DNA of 19,591 nucleotides from a virus (Duplodnaviria; Heunggongvirae; Uroviricota; Caudoviricetes): IMG/VR virus record IMGVR_UViG_2703718871_000002; one strand, 5' to 3'. Shown piece by piece: positions 1 to 8,599 of this stretch (position 1 is its first letter; each line of letters starts with the position of its first letter). The notes under the pieces were generated by a model. It saw only the letters and a program-made list of their open reading frames with translations, ran no database searches and was not told where the DNA came from. The position numbers and the translations under genes were made by a program.

Positions 1-534
1 CGGCATTCGATCACTACAGCTTATCCAACCATCCGGAGTTACCGGATGGGGTCCAGCGAACTCGGGAATGTCAGGACCTTTTCTGATAGCTTTAGCCAGA
101 TCCAGCGGGTCATCGTAAAGCCAGTCGCCAGTTTGTGGGTGATTTGCTTCTGCAAGCTGCGCAGCCCATTCAAGACCATCTTTTTGACCTTGGAGATAAT
201 CAAGCGGCAACTCTTCATGCTTACTTGCAGGTTCGGCACAATGCAGCATGGCAGCGCGGTGACACCAGATAATCCAGCCAAGCGCCATATCCCATGCCAT
301 GTATTCTCTATCGCCATTTTTTGCCCTACGGCGATCTACAGATTCCCCGAAACGCTTCTCCATAAATAATTCATAGGCTGCTCGTTCATCCGATACTGCT
401 GCCAGTGATGCCAGTGCAATTCGTGCCAGTTCCCTAAGATTTTCGCTATATGGTGAAGTATTATCACGATTGATTACGTGATTAGCTGTATCTATGAGAA
501 CTTGCTTTTGTTCTTCTCTGTTCATAGTGGTCAT
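1..534 (-). CDS. hypothetical phage protein, N-terminal 178 codons only (gene runs off the window start); possibly DUF551-type
   Basis: Not in the ORF track because it has no in-window stop. Minus-strand ATG at 534..532, preceded by AGGAG (545..541) and lying 1 nt after the TGA of the upstream gene. Frame stays open to position 1 (MTTMNREEQKQVLIDTANHV...PDGWISCSDRMP). Family guess is from memory of a W-I-S...R-L/M-P motif. Confidence 0.5.
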   Translation of the reverse strand, partial: MTTMNREEQKQVLIDTANHVINRDNTSPYSENLRELARIALASLAAVSDERAAYELFMEKRFGESVDRRRAKNGDREYMAWDMALGWIIWCHRAAMLHCAEPASKHEELPLDYLQGQKDGLEWAAQLAEANHPQTGDWLYDDPLDLAKAIRKGPDIPEFAGPHPVTPDGWISCSDRMP

Positions 535-535
535 C

Positions 536-1429
536 TCACTCTCCTTTGATGCGAATGCCAGCAAGCCAGTTTCTTATGCCGATATATTCAGCGTTCCTGA
601 AACCGCTTTTTACATATATAAATGGCAAGCGAAGATTGTGACCATTGGCTGCCAGGTAGTCTTTACAACCCTGTTCGGTGAAACAGCAGGTAACGAATTC
701 ATCAATATCTTTCACAGCAACGCGCCGCCATTTTTCTGGTGGCTCTCGAAAGTTTTCGTGAAGTAGTTCGAGACGACGACTTTGGCGTTTATTGGCTTCA
801 TTGCCATCTTCATCAACCCAGACAATCCGGTCATAGTCATAATCAGCATCAACAACGATTTCGCGCTTTTGATACACACAAAACATAGGGTCTGACGTTA
901 TTCGATTATCCTGTGTTCGAATATTTTCACCGATGATGCCAAACGAATCTGGTGCAGATTTTGTCTGCAACTCTTCGATACGTTCAGCCATCGCAGCACA
1001 CTCTTCAAAGTCGCTTAATGCTTTTCGCTCCCATTCGGCGCATTGTTTTCCAAGCTCTGCAATCAGCTTGTCTTTGCCTTCCAGCTCAACGCGCAGCTTC
1101 CCAACCGTAAGAGCAATTTCCTCGTTCTCCTGGTCGCGGCGTTTGATGTATTGCTGGTTTCTTTCCCGTTCATCCAGCAGTGCCAGCGCAACATTTGGAT
1201 TAAAGGCAGCAATAAATTCAGCGTTTGCGTAAGCCTGAGCATCTGTTTCAACCAGGCAGTTAACATGACATTCTGCAATCACGCCACCGGGTTCTCCTTT
1301 CCATTTTTGGCAAACAAAAACTCCTGTTAAATTGCCGTGTTGGTTAACAGATGTATGCCCTACGATGTAGCTTCCTTTAGTTGCTTTCTCTGCCTTTTCA
1401 CGCAGTTCCTGATAGTCAATCTTGCTCAC
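536..1429 (-). CDS. Ea22/Ead-like early protein with coiled-coil middle segment
   Basis: Track frame 536..1465 begins at GTG. I prefer the in-frame GTG at 1429..1427 because AAGGAGG (1442..1436) sits 6 nt upstream and it overlaps the stop of the upstream gene (GTGA). Product call is a recollection-level resemblance only. Confidence 0.5.
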   Translation of the reverse strand: MSKIDYQELREKAEKATKGSYIVGHTSVNQHGNLTGVFVCQKWKGEPGGVIAECHVNCLVETDAQAYANAEFIAAFNPNVALALLDERERNQQYIKRRDQENEEIALTVGKLRVELEGKDKLIAELGKQCAEWERKALSDFEECAAMAERIEELQTKSAPDSFGIIGENIRTQDNRITSDPMFCVYQKREIVVDADYDYDRIVWVDEDGNEANKRQSRRLELLHENFREPPEKWRRVAVKDIDEFVTCCFTEQGCKDYLAANGHNLRLPFIYVKSGFRNAEYIGIRNWLAGIRIKGE

Positions 1430-1665
1430 TGGTTGCCTCCTTTGTGGAGCTGCGCTGCGATGCACGAAAAAAAAGATTCCCGCGTATGACAGTTAAGAGC
1501 TGGTGCGAAAGCCGCGTTAAGAACGGCAGCATCACAGCCGTCATCGATATAGAGCGCAATTTTTTTCTCCAGGCGCGCTTTGGCTTCCTGCAACTGCATA
1601 CCCCGGCACGTACGCGGGATATACTCAGCAATTTGAGCGATAGATTTTTCGTTCTGTTTAAACAT
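1426..1665 (-). CDS. hypothetical protein (79 aa)
   Basis: Track ORF; GAGGTGA Shine-Dalgarno 5 nt before the ATG; overlaps neighbours at both ends (operon-style coupling). Confidence 0.5.
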   Translation of the reverse strand: MFKQNEKSIAQIAEYIPRTCRGMQLQEAKARLEKKIALYIDDGCDAAVLNAAFAPALNCHTRESFFSCIAAQLHKGGNQ

Positions 1666-1861
1666 GCTTCACCTCGACAGGCTTGATTGTGTCGATCAGC
1701 AGTCTGCGGCGCGTATTTTCTGCAAAGTGGCGGCGTCCGGTTTCTTTGTGGTAAAACTCGTTTTTGCCGACGACCCACATCCGCTCTGTCTGGTGAAGTT
1801 TTTTTACCTGCGGGCCGTCTTTGGTGATCACAATGCCGGTATGGGTTTTTACGATTGTCAT
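1658..1861 (-). CDS. hypothetical protein (67 aa)
   Basis: Track ORF; ATG overlaps stop of the PAPS-reductase gene (ATGA); AGAGGTAG upstream. Confidence 0.5.
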   Translation of the reverse strand: MTIVKTHTGIVITKDGPQVKKLHQTERMWVVGKNEFYHKETGRRHFAENTRRRLLIDTIKPVEVKHV

Positions 1862-2736
1862 GCCACTACCTCTTCGAATTTCAACTCCAATTGGTCACCC
1901 CAGATTTCACATGACTCTGAACACGAGCCGGTATCGAATCGCTTGGCCTGCACCATCGCCTGATACAAATTTCTGTAGTCGCTGTCGGCATACATTCTGG
2001 CAATCCCGTCAAGCGTCAGGTGGCCACGGTACATAACGTCTTTACCTGTTCTGCGATGACCATCCCTGACGTGTTTGCCTGTAACCAGTTCATTAAAAAC
2101 CCGCATCAGACCAGGTTCGTCTTTACATGCAAGCCCCAGCTTTTGCGTTGACTTTTTGATGCAGAAAACACAGTTCCCGAGGTGCTCCGGGATTTGCAAA
2201 TCAAAAGGTTGTTTTCGCCACCACCGGATAACATCCGACTTATCAAAATCTGACAGCTCGGCAAGATACCGGATGCCCGGTTTCGGTTTCAGCCTACGGG
2301 GTTCGTCTGCACGAATACCCAGCCACGTGATGTAGTTCCCTTGTCCGAAATGGTCATCGCAGTATTTTGTGAAGGGGGTGAGTTTTAATCTGTCAGTGCA
2401 GAACGCGCCGCCGATGTATGGCGTGCCATATTTTTTTACCATGTCCATAAACGGTTTAAGCACCGGCATTCGCGTCTGAATATCCTTTGGTTCCCATTCC
2501 GTATAACCATTTGGCTGCCCAAGCTCTGGATTTATATCGACCTGCAACACGGTTAGCGGAATATCCCAGAACTTCACAACCTCCCGAATAAATCGGTACG
2601 TCAGCGGGTGTTCACATCCCGTATCCATGAGTATGTAATGAACGTTTTCACCAGCTTTTCTGCGTTGCTCCATAAGGTGGACGAGGTACGCCGATGTCCG
2701 ACCGCCTGAAAAACTCACAACATGATGAGTGCTCAT
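1858..2736 (-). CDS. phosphoadenosine-phosphosulfate (PAPS) reductase family / PP-loop protein
   Basis: 292 aa; N-terminal PP-loop signature VSFSGGRTS (MSTHHVVSFSGGRTSAYL), characteristic of the PAPS reductase / ATP pyrophosphatase superfamily. Confidence 0.8.
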   Translation of the reverse strand: MSTHHVVSFSGGRTSAYLVHLMEQRRKAGENVHYILMDTGCEHPLTYRFIREVVKFWDIPLTVLQVDINPELGQPNGYTEWEPKDIQTRMPVLKPFMDMVKKYGTPYIGGAFCTDRLKLTPFTKYCDDHFGQGNYITWLGIRADEPRRLKPKPGIRYLAELSDFDKSDVIRWWRKQPFDLQIPEHLGNCVFCIKKSTQKLGLACKDEPGLMRVFNELVTGKHVRDGHRRTGKDVMYRGHLTLDGIARMYADSDYRNLYQAMVQAKRFDTGSCSESCEIWGDQLELKFEEVVA

Positions 2737-2843
2737 TTCTTCGTCTCGTTACGGGGAGGGGGTTAAATAGGTGGTAAGCTGGAATTGCCGGATGTTTACC
2801 CGTGTCCGGGGTACGACCTCACGTTGCAGCGTACGAGAATGGA

Positions 2844-3287
2844 CTATTGCTCAGTGTCGTTTGATGTCGGCTGAGGATATTCGCCTTGCTCTTGTAACAG
2901 AGTTAGAAGAATGGAAAACCCCTCACGATGTGATGATTGATGAGTGTCGATCCCTGAATGATTGATGTTGTTAAACTCCAACATCGTGCTCCTGGCGATA
3001 GCCTCAACGGTATTCCAGAATACTAATACCTCTGTTTTCTGCTCTGTTTTATCAGCAACAGGAAGTTTGATATTTTGTTGAAATTTATTAATGCAACCAT
3101 TTTGAATATGTTCCTCGTGCTTTTCATTGCCATAAGCATACAGCCCGACAAAAACATCTCGCACGTTACGGGATATATTTTCCAGATTCGCCTTTGGTTC
3201 CTTTGTTAAATCAAGCACCGATAAATGGGCTTTAAGCGTATCCGCAGCTATTTTCTGAATATCCGCTGGTAAATCTTTAAATTGCAT
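2844..3287 (-). CDS. hypothetical protein (147 aa)
   Basis: Track ORF; GGAGGG Shine-Dalgarno 6 nt upstream of ATG at 3287. Confidence 0.55.
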   Translation of the reverse strand: MQFKDLPADIQKIAADTLKAHLSVLDLTKEPKANLENISRNVRDVFVGLYAYGNEKHEEHIQNGCINKFQQNIKLPVADKTEQKTEVLVFWNTVEAIARSTMLEFNNINHSGIDTHQSSHREGFSILLTLLQEQGEYPQPTSNDTEQ

Positions 3288-3363
3288 AGTATACCCTCCA
3301 AGAACTGTGTATTTTCTCGTGAAATATGAGCGATATGTCGTGACGTCCCTGTCACAGATTTCA

Positions 3364-4185
3364 TCACACTGAGAACGTGCCGATGAAGGTTAAGATATCT
3401 TCTTCTTCGAAACGCTCTTTCAGCAGGTCACGGAACTCTTTGGCAATTTCTTCTTCCGCAGCTTCAACACGCACGATACGTAGCACCAGAACAGGCTGTT
3501 CGCTTGTCAGAATGCTTAATCGCAGCGTGAATTCCCTGTTGCCCAGGCCCTCGTATGGGATGCATTCAAAGCGGAAAGTGGCAGGCATGATTTCTTTGCT
3601 TTTAGCCTCCACGGACTCCATGACTGAGCGGCTACCGCTGAAGTTTTGCTCTTCATATTCAGCACTGCGTTTTGCGTCGATGGTAAGACGACGGATAGCA
3701 GAGATAGCCTGTTTGATATCCAGCACATTACCGTCGCTGTCATAGGCTGTGAGGAAGTCGGCCCAGTCTTCCAGCCATTCAGCGAGAGATTTCTGGAGTT
3801 GTCTTTTGCCGTCCACGTCACGTAATGCGCGATATGGTGATGTGGCTTTCAGTTCCAGCAGTGCCTTGTTGTCAGCGTGTCCAGGTTGCTCTAGAGTGCC
3901 GATATTGAACACAGTGACTGCTTTCATCGTTTCCGCGTTAATGAAGCAGCGGGAGCACTCATCGGCATACCCTTTGCTGTATTCAACAAAGTCATCAATA
4001 CTGGTTGTGGTCATGACTCCACGGAAACGAAAACGTTCTGTCATGAATCGTTCCAGACTTTCGATATTTACATTGTCCGGCAATAACGCAACAGGGCATT
4101 CCGTAAGCGGCAAATTTTCACCAGAAAAAGCAGTAGTGGTGAGTTTTACAATTTCTTTAATGGCATTGCTATCTAACTGAGACAT
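3364..4185 (-). CDS. hypothetical protein (273 aa), acidic C-terminus; family not recognised with confidence (possibly YfdQ/DUF2303-like)
   Basis: Track ORF; AAAGG motif upstream; fits the co-directional operon. Confidence 0.6.
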   Translation of the reverse strand: MSQLDSNAIKEIVKLTTTAFSGENLPLTECPVALLPDNVNIESLERFMTERFRFRGVMTTTSIDDFVEYSKGYADECSRCFINAETMKAVTVFNIGTLEQPGHADNKALLELKATSPYRALRDVDGKRQLQKSLAEWLEDWADFLTAYDSDGNVLDIKQAISAIRRLTIDAKRSAEYEEQNFSGSRSVMESVEAKSKEIMPATFRFECIPYEGLGNREFTLRLSILTSEQPVLVLRIVRVEAAEEEIAKEFRDLLKERFEEEDILTFIGTFSV

Positions 4186-4248
4186 GTATATTTACCTTTA
4201 ATTTATGGATTTAGGGATAATGCGCGAGCGTTTTAAGGCGGGGATTAT

Positions 4249-4596
4249 TCAGCGTAAAACAGCGTCATGTTGACCCTGTTTATCGAAAAGCTGTCCCTGG
4301 TCTTTCTGGAACAAAGTAAGCTCACCACCTTTATTTACAAACATCGGGGTGTTAGTTGTGTCTTCTTCTGATTTACTACCACGCATTGTCGGGCGTGTGA
4401 ATTTTAGTTTATGGGAAACTGATACGCGATTTTCATCAAGTGAAGATAATTCGAATTCAACACATACCTTTCCTTTTTTGTTTGTGCTGTTTACGCCAAA
4501 GGCAACTTCACTTAATACCGCACCAAGTTTGTTAACAAATACCCCGCCGTCGAGGTCGTTAATGAAAACATTAACATCAGTTTGATGCTGGTTCAT
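4249..4596 (-). CDS. hypothetical protein (115 aa)
   Basis: Track ORF; GGAGA 7 nt upstream of ATG at 4596. Confidence 0.55.
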   Translation of the reverse strand: MNQHQTDVNVFINDLDGGVFVNKLGAVLSEVAFGVNSTNKKGKVCVEFELSSLDENRVSVSHKLKFTRPTMRGSKSEEDTTNTPMFVNKGGELTLFQKDQGQLFDKQGQHDAVLR

Positions 4597-4670
4597 ATTA
4601 ATATCTCCGTGTAGAGGTGTGTTAAGGCTTCAGTTGTTCACTGCATTTAAAGCCTGGTTTTGTTTGTGAA

Positions 4671-5258
4671 TTAAAAACTATCGCTGCCGTACTGCCAGTA
4701 ACCTGGGTCGTCCGTGTGATTCGGGTTTACGTTTTTTCTGCGATTGTCTTTGTCTTTGAGAGTGGAAACCATATTTGCTACCGTTTCTGGTTTCTTTCCT
4801 TCAGCTTTTTCTTTCAGTGTCTGCCCTGTTTCTGCAATGAATGGAATGCGGATTTCCATCTGGTAACCGTCTGCGCCAGTCTTTCTGTTTGTGGTTAATA
4901 CTTTCTGGAGGACGAGTCCGATTTTCTTTCCGTGAAACTCAGGTGCAACATATTTACTGACGGAAACCATATGCTGCGTTAACTGCCCAATTCCTGTGCA
5001 TCCCATCATGGCGTGAATAATGCTCGCCCCAAATTTATTTTCAGTGCCGTCATTCTTCTGAACACAAACACTGAGATACTGGATTTTCCGTCCGTCGTCG
5101 GATTCTCCAGAAAACTCAATGAATCGGGCACCTTTTTCTGATTGCTTGAGTTCTGCTTCGGTGATGTTAATGATATGCGCACCCGTTTCGGTAATAAAAC
5201 CACCTTGTCCGGCGGTCAGTGCTGATTCTTCGTTATAAGTAAAAATCACTTCATCCAT
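4671..5258 (-). CDS. hypothetical protein (195 aa)
   Basis: Track ORF; ATG overlaps the exo stop codon (TAATG), suggesting translational coupling. Confidence 0.6.
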   Translation of the reverse strand: MDEVIFTYNEESALTAGQGGFITETGAHIINITEAELKQSEKGARFIEFSGESDDGRKIQYLSVCVQKNDGTENKFGASIIHAMMGCTGIGQLTQHMVSVSKYVAPEFHGKKIGLVLQKVLTTNRKTGADGYQMEIRIPFIAETGQTLKEKAEGKKPETVANMVSTLKDKDNRRKNVNPNHTDDPGYWQYGSDSF

Positions 5259-5947
5259 TAGTTATTAACCCCCCATTGTTCTCCAAATACAAAACCAATT
5301 TCCGCCAGTGCTTCGTCCATTTTGTCGATAAACTCCGGCACCATCTCATCAAAACTCGCCATGTACTTTTCATCCCGTTCGACCACGACATAATGCAGGC
5401 CTTCACGCTTCATGCGTGGGTCGTAGTTGGCGAAGTACCAGGCGTCCTTGTCTGTAACCCACATGCTGAATTGCACCTGGGCCATGTAAGCAGGCTTGAT
5501 AGCGTCAAAGCCGCCAAGCCGGAATTTCATGAAGTCGCGGGAAGTAAAAGGGCATTTAAGCTCAAGACCGTTACCATCGCTGCATAAACCATCGGGAGAG
5601 CAGGCGGTGCGCATGCTTTCGTCACGAAAAATTATGGGTGTTTCCGAGACGGTAACATCCGCGATAAATTCAAAGAGGGCACGGGCATCATCTTCATATT
5701 GCTTTCCCCATGCGAGCGACTTAGCGTTAACTTCCGGTGCCACGCCAGTACAAACTTCAGCCAGCAGGGTGTGGAAGTATGACATTTTTGTATCAGGCCA
5801 TTTGCTGCCGGAACGTGGCTTTGCTATCACATTGTGAACTTCTGAAGCAGTGATAACACCGAGTCTCAGCTTGTGCCATCCATCATCGCCCTGGTCGAGG
5901 CTGGTAATATCCACGCCAGTTCGCTGGAGAATAATTTCTGGTGTCAT
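5258..5947 (-). CDS. exo: lambda-type 5'-3' exonuclease (Red-alpha, YqaJ fold)
   Basis: 229 aa; near-colinear with lambda Exo as I remember it ([11 protein letters not shown]...[27 protein letters not shown]...[21 protein letters not shown]...). Start overlaps stop of upstream gene (ATGA). Confidence 0.95.
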   Translation of the reverse strand: MTPEIILQRTGVDITSLDQGDDGWHKLRLGVITASEVHNVIAKPRSGSKWPDTKMSYFHTLLAEVCTGVAPEVNAKSLAWGKQYEDDARALFEFIADVTVSETPIIFRDESMRTACSPDGLCSDGNGLELKCPFTSRDFMKFRLGGFDAIKPAYMAQVQFSMWVTDKDAWYFANYDPRMKREGLHYVVVERDEKYMASFDEMVPEFIDKMDEALAEIGFVFGEQWGVNN

Positions 5948-6894
5948 GACACGGCCTCGCTGTTATTTTCCGTGGTGGCGTGAATTTTCGCTTCCGCCGT
6001 GGCCTTGTTTCTGGCAGCTTTCTTTTTGACAAAATCAAGCGTTTTGACAGCTTCTTCCTGACTGAGATATTCATGTGATGCAATCGTGCGACGGAATGTT
6101 TTGGAACATAAGGGAAGCAGGTCATCCCATGTCTTGTTAATTTCGGTGATTGCCTGAGTGATCTCATTGATAATCTCATCTGATGCGGGAGTGACGTCAC
6201 GCTCAGGGATGTGATCAGCATTCAGGATGATACCTTCACCGCCCTGAGTGTTCAGGTAGTCGATAGCTGTATCCAGGCGATCGCGACGGGGCCAGTATTT
6301 GCTGGCGCGCTTAACAATGGCTTTTCTGGCCATTTCGTCGGGGAAGCTATCCCACGGGCTACTTCCTCCGTTATTTCCGGCTTTGCTGCACGCCCTGATG
6401 ACCTCGATTTCCCTGTTGCTCATCTCTTCGGTCAGATAGTCGCCTTCGGATGTTTTTACGACACAATAACCGCCAATGCGTGCGCCCCTGTCTACGAATG
6501 GGTTGTATTTGTGCGTGGGGGCGCAGTCAATACCGTTGGACTCGTAAATGTCCTTCTCGTAAACAAGTTTGCATTGCCCCCACTGAATGGCTCCTGTGAC
6601 CTGTGCCAGATGCAGAAGCCCCATATAACTGATATCCAGGCATACAGCCTTTTTTCGTGGGACCAGATACGCCAGCTTGCTGGCCGGGTTCAGGGTTATG
6701 CCTATAGCGGCAACATTGATGATAGCGTTCTGTGCGCTGGACAGATTTCCCCGTGCTGTGTCAGCCAGAAAGGCATTTTTCTGGAATTGCTGAATTGCAA
6801 ACTGACTTTCCTTCGCCCATGTCAGCGTTGGTTCAGTTAATGCCTCGCAGAAAAAGCGCTCCTGCTGCTTAACAAATTCAACGATATCGAACAT
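5944..6894 (-). CDS. recT: RecT-family single-strand annealing protein with a lambda Bet-like C-terminal tail
   Basis: Core matches RecT motifs (IGGYCVVKT..., [25 protein letters not shown]). Last ~70 aa resemble the lambda Bet C-terminus (PERDVTP..., [14 protein letters not shown]...EAVK). Start chosen at ATG 6894 (MFDIVEFVK), which clears the upstream gene; the track start 6945 would overlap it by 34 nt. Confidence 0.8.
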   Translation of the reverse strand: MFDIVEFVKQQERFFCEALTEPTLTWAKESQFAIQQFQKNAFLADTARGNLSSAQNAIINVAAIGITLNPASKLAYLVPRKKAVCLDISYMGLLHLAQVTGAIQWGQCKLVYEKDIYESNGIDCAPTHKYNPFVDRGARIGGYCVVKTSEGDYLTEEMSNREIEVIRACSKAGNNGGSSPWDSFPDEMARKAIVKRASKYWPRRDRLDTAIDYLNTQGGEGIILNADHIPERDVTPASDEIINEITQAITEINKTWDDLLPLCSKTFRRTIASHEYLSQEEAVKTLDFVKKKAARNKATAEAKIHATTENNSEAVS

Positions 6895-6911
6895 TTTTTT
6901 TGTCCTGAAAA

Positions 6912-7193
6912 TCAGAAAGGACAGGGGGAGAATTTTCTCTCCCATTCTTCTTCCGCCCGTGCATAGGCGATCGCTGAGATATAATCGTTGTACGCCTCTT
7001 CAGCTTTATCGCCAGTGAGTGCCAGCTGGGCTTCTTTGGGTAAAAAAAGGCTGCTCATAAGCAATGGTTTATCGGGGAACATGCTGATAAGCTCCTGTGC
7101 CCGATCGTCAATCCATTTATCCTTTTCATCCTGAATTTGCTGATTAACCCAGCGACGCTCCTCTATGCGGTCGCAGGTGAGGTATGCGTTCAT
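6912..7193 (-). CDS. Gam-like protein (putative RecBCD inhibitor), divergent
   Basis: 93 aa; N-terminus MNAYLTCDRIEERRWVNQQIQ resembles the start of lambda GamS ([21 protein letters not shown]). It sits just upstream of the annealase gene, as gam does in lambda. AGGAG 8 nt before ATG. Confidence 0.45.
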   Translation of the reverse strand: MNAYLTCDRIEERRWVNQQIQDEKDKWIDDRAQELISMFPDKPLLMSSLFLPKEAQLALTGDKAEEAYNDYISAIAYARAEEEWERKFSPCPF

Positions 7194-7213
7194 GGCGGAA
7201 CTCCTGATTCCGG

Positions 7214-7495
7214 TTAATGCATTAAATTAATTTGTCGGGAAAGCTGACAGACAGGGCAGTTACATTCTTCCTCCTGCTCTTTAGCAAGGAAATATGCAGC
7301 GGCCTGTAATGCGATGTCTTCGGGGCGTTCTGTGATAAATATAACATTGCCTTCCGTATCAATAACTGAAATAGCCTCATCAGGCAGGACGACAAAATAG
7401 GCGATGATTTTATTATCCATAAAAACTTCTCCCATTATCGTTCCTGCTGGAGTTACGACGCTTTTTGCATTGATATTAATTTTTTGGTTGAGCAT
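7214..7495 (-). CDS. hypothetical protein (93 aa)
   Basis: Track ORF; AAGGAA 6 nt upstream; in the position of kil/cIII-type small genes. Confidence 0.5.
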   Translation of the reverse strand: MLNQKININAKSVVTPAGTIMGEVFMDNKIIAYFVVLPDEAISVIDTEGNVIFITERPEDIALQAAAYFLAKEQEEECNCPVCQLSRQINLMH

Positions 7496-7506
7496 GATAT
7501 TTCCTT

Positions 7507-7719
7507 TCAGGCTGGCGAGATTAACGGTTGACCTTTGTGGTTCAGGTAAACTTCGATTGCATCTGAAATAATGCGAATTTTTTCAATCAGTGAATGAGCG
7601 TAAAGTGCATTATTAACGTTCGCTGACGCCATGTAATAACGCCCGTTGTAAAGAATTGCTGTGCCGGGTTTAACGTCCTCGCGAGAAACTAATGCGGTTC
7701 CGTAGTGAGGTTTGAGCAT
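7507..7719 (-). CDS. hypothetical protein (70 aa)
   Basis: Track ORF; GGAGG 7 nt upstream of ATG at 7719. Confidence 0.5.
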   Translation of the reverse strand: MLKPHYGTALVSREDVKPGTAILYNGRYYMASANVNNALYAHSLIEKIRIISDAIEVYLNHKGQPLISPA

Positions 7720-7759
7720 GACAAATCCTCCGGTTAATTAATCCAGATATTTAATTTAA

Positions 7760-7780
7760 TCCCCGATATATAATCGGGGA
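7760..7780. other. GC hairpin (CCCCGAT-ATATA-ATCGGGG) between two TTAATTAA palindromes
   Basis: Perfect 7-8 bp palindromic stem in the 70-bp gap between the Rha-like gene and the next gene; AT-rich flanks carry TTAATTAA at 7734-7741 and 7786-7793. Confidence 0.4.
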
Positions 7781-7789
7781 GAGATTTAA

Positions 7790-8434
7790 TTAAAGATTAA
7801 CGTTGAAACCAAAGCGGGAAGACTTTTCCGATGTACGGGAAATATCCAGCAATTTACGGCGCATTTCTTCCGTCAGATGTTTGAAGGCGTTAAATTCGGC
7901 GACAGCGGCGTCAACGTTATAGCCTTTGCTGTGTAGCTCGTTGAGGATGCGCATAGTTGGGCTTGGCATGTCGAAGAGCACGGAAGCATCAAGGCTGATA
8001 ACTTTGCGATCAACATAGTTCATCGTGGCGTAGGGGTGATGCTCTGAAAACCACGATAAAGGGAAATTGATATTCATCGCAGGAGAAGACAGGGCCAGTT
8101 GTTTCTGTTCCCATAGTTGTTTTTCCATGCGATCGAATTCAGCAATGTAGGCTTCCTTGAATGCAGCGGCTTTTTTACCAGTGAATCCCATCACCAGGAA
8201 GACGAATCCGTTTTTGGTGATTTGATAGGCGTTATAGGTATTGCCTCGGTGTTCAAATTTAACCCGCGAAAAGTTGCGGGTTAAGAATTGCTCAGAGCAT
8301 TCGAGGGATTCTATTTTCTGAACAACATGGTGATGTTGCTTCTCAAAGAACTCTGCGATGTCAATTGACGTAGTGATGGCATTGCCGTTTTCAATAGTTA
8401 CGGATGGGCGAGAAAGGGGAGAGATAGTAGCCAT
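7790..8434 (-). CDS. Rha-family phage regulatory protein (antirepressor-like)
   Basis: Internal ATG at 8434 chosen (AAGGAGG 8 nt upstream); the track start 8572 gives a 46-aa extension with no RBS. N-terminus VTIENGNAITTSIDIAEFFEKQHHHVVQKIESL resembles Rha N-terminal domains. Confidence 0.65.
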   Translation of the reverse strand: MATISPLSRPSVTIENGNAITTSIDIAEFFEKQHHHVVQKIESLECSEQFLTRNFSRVKFEHRGNTYNAYQITKNGFVFLVMGFTGKKAAAFKEAYIAEFDRMEKQLWEQKQLALSSPAMNINFPLSWFSEHHPYATMNYVDRKVISLDASVLFDMPSPTMRILNELHSKGYNVDAAVAEFNAFKHLTEEMRRKLLDISRTSEKSSRFGFNVNL

Positions 8435-8599
8435 GATGGCAGCCTCCTTGATTGGTGATTGATAACCACCGCTGGAGGTGAGAAGCTCGCTGGCGGTGGA
8501 CTGTACAGGGTTCTCACAACTGGCAATCAAGGGAACCAGCCCGACCGAAGTCGGCCCCATACAGCCCACCATTGATAAGATGTGCGTGTATGTTGATAC

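Noticed and set aside
39-369. Track ORFs 39..317 (-) and 46..369 (+)
   Set aside because: Both overlap, in other frames, the better-supported minus-strand gene that starts at 534 (with RBS) and runs off the window; no RBS or recognisable motifs of their own.
6211-6840. 209-aa plus-strand ORF
   Set aside because: Lies entirely antisense to the RecT-family gene, which has clear homology; a typical shadow ORF.
5944-6945. Longer start (6945) for the RecT-family gene
   Set aside because: Adds MGEKILPLSFLIFRTKK, which overlaps the Gam-like gene by 34 nt and coincides with a GGGAGA...TCTCCC inverted repeat; the ATG at 6894 gives a conventional N-terminus.
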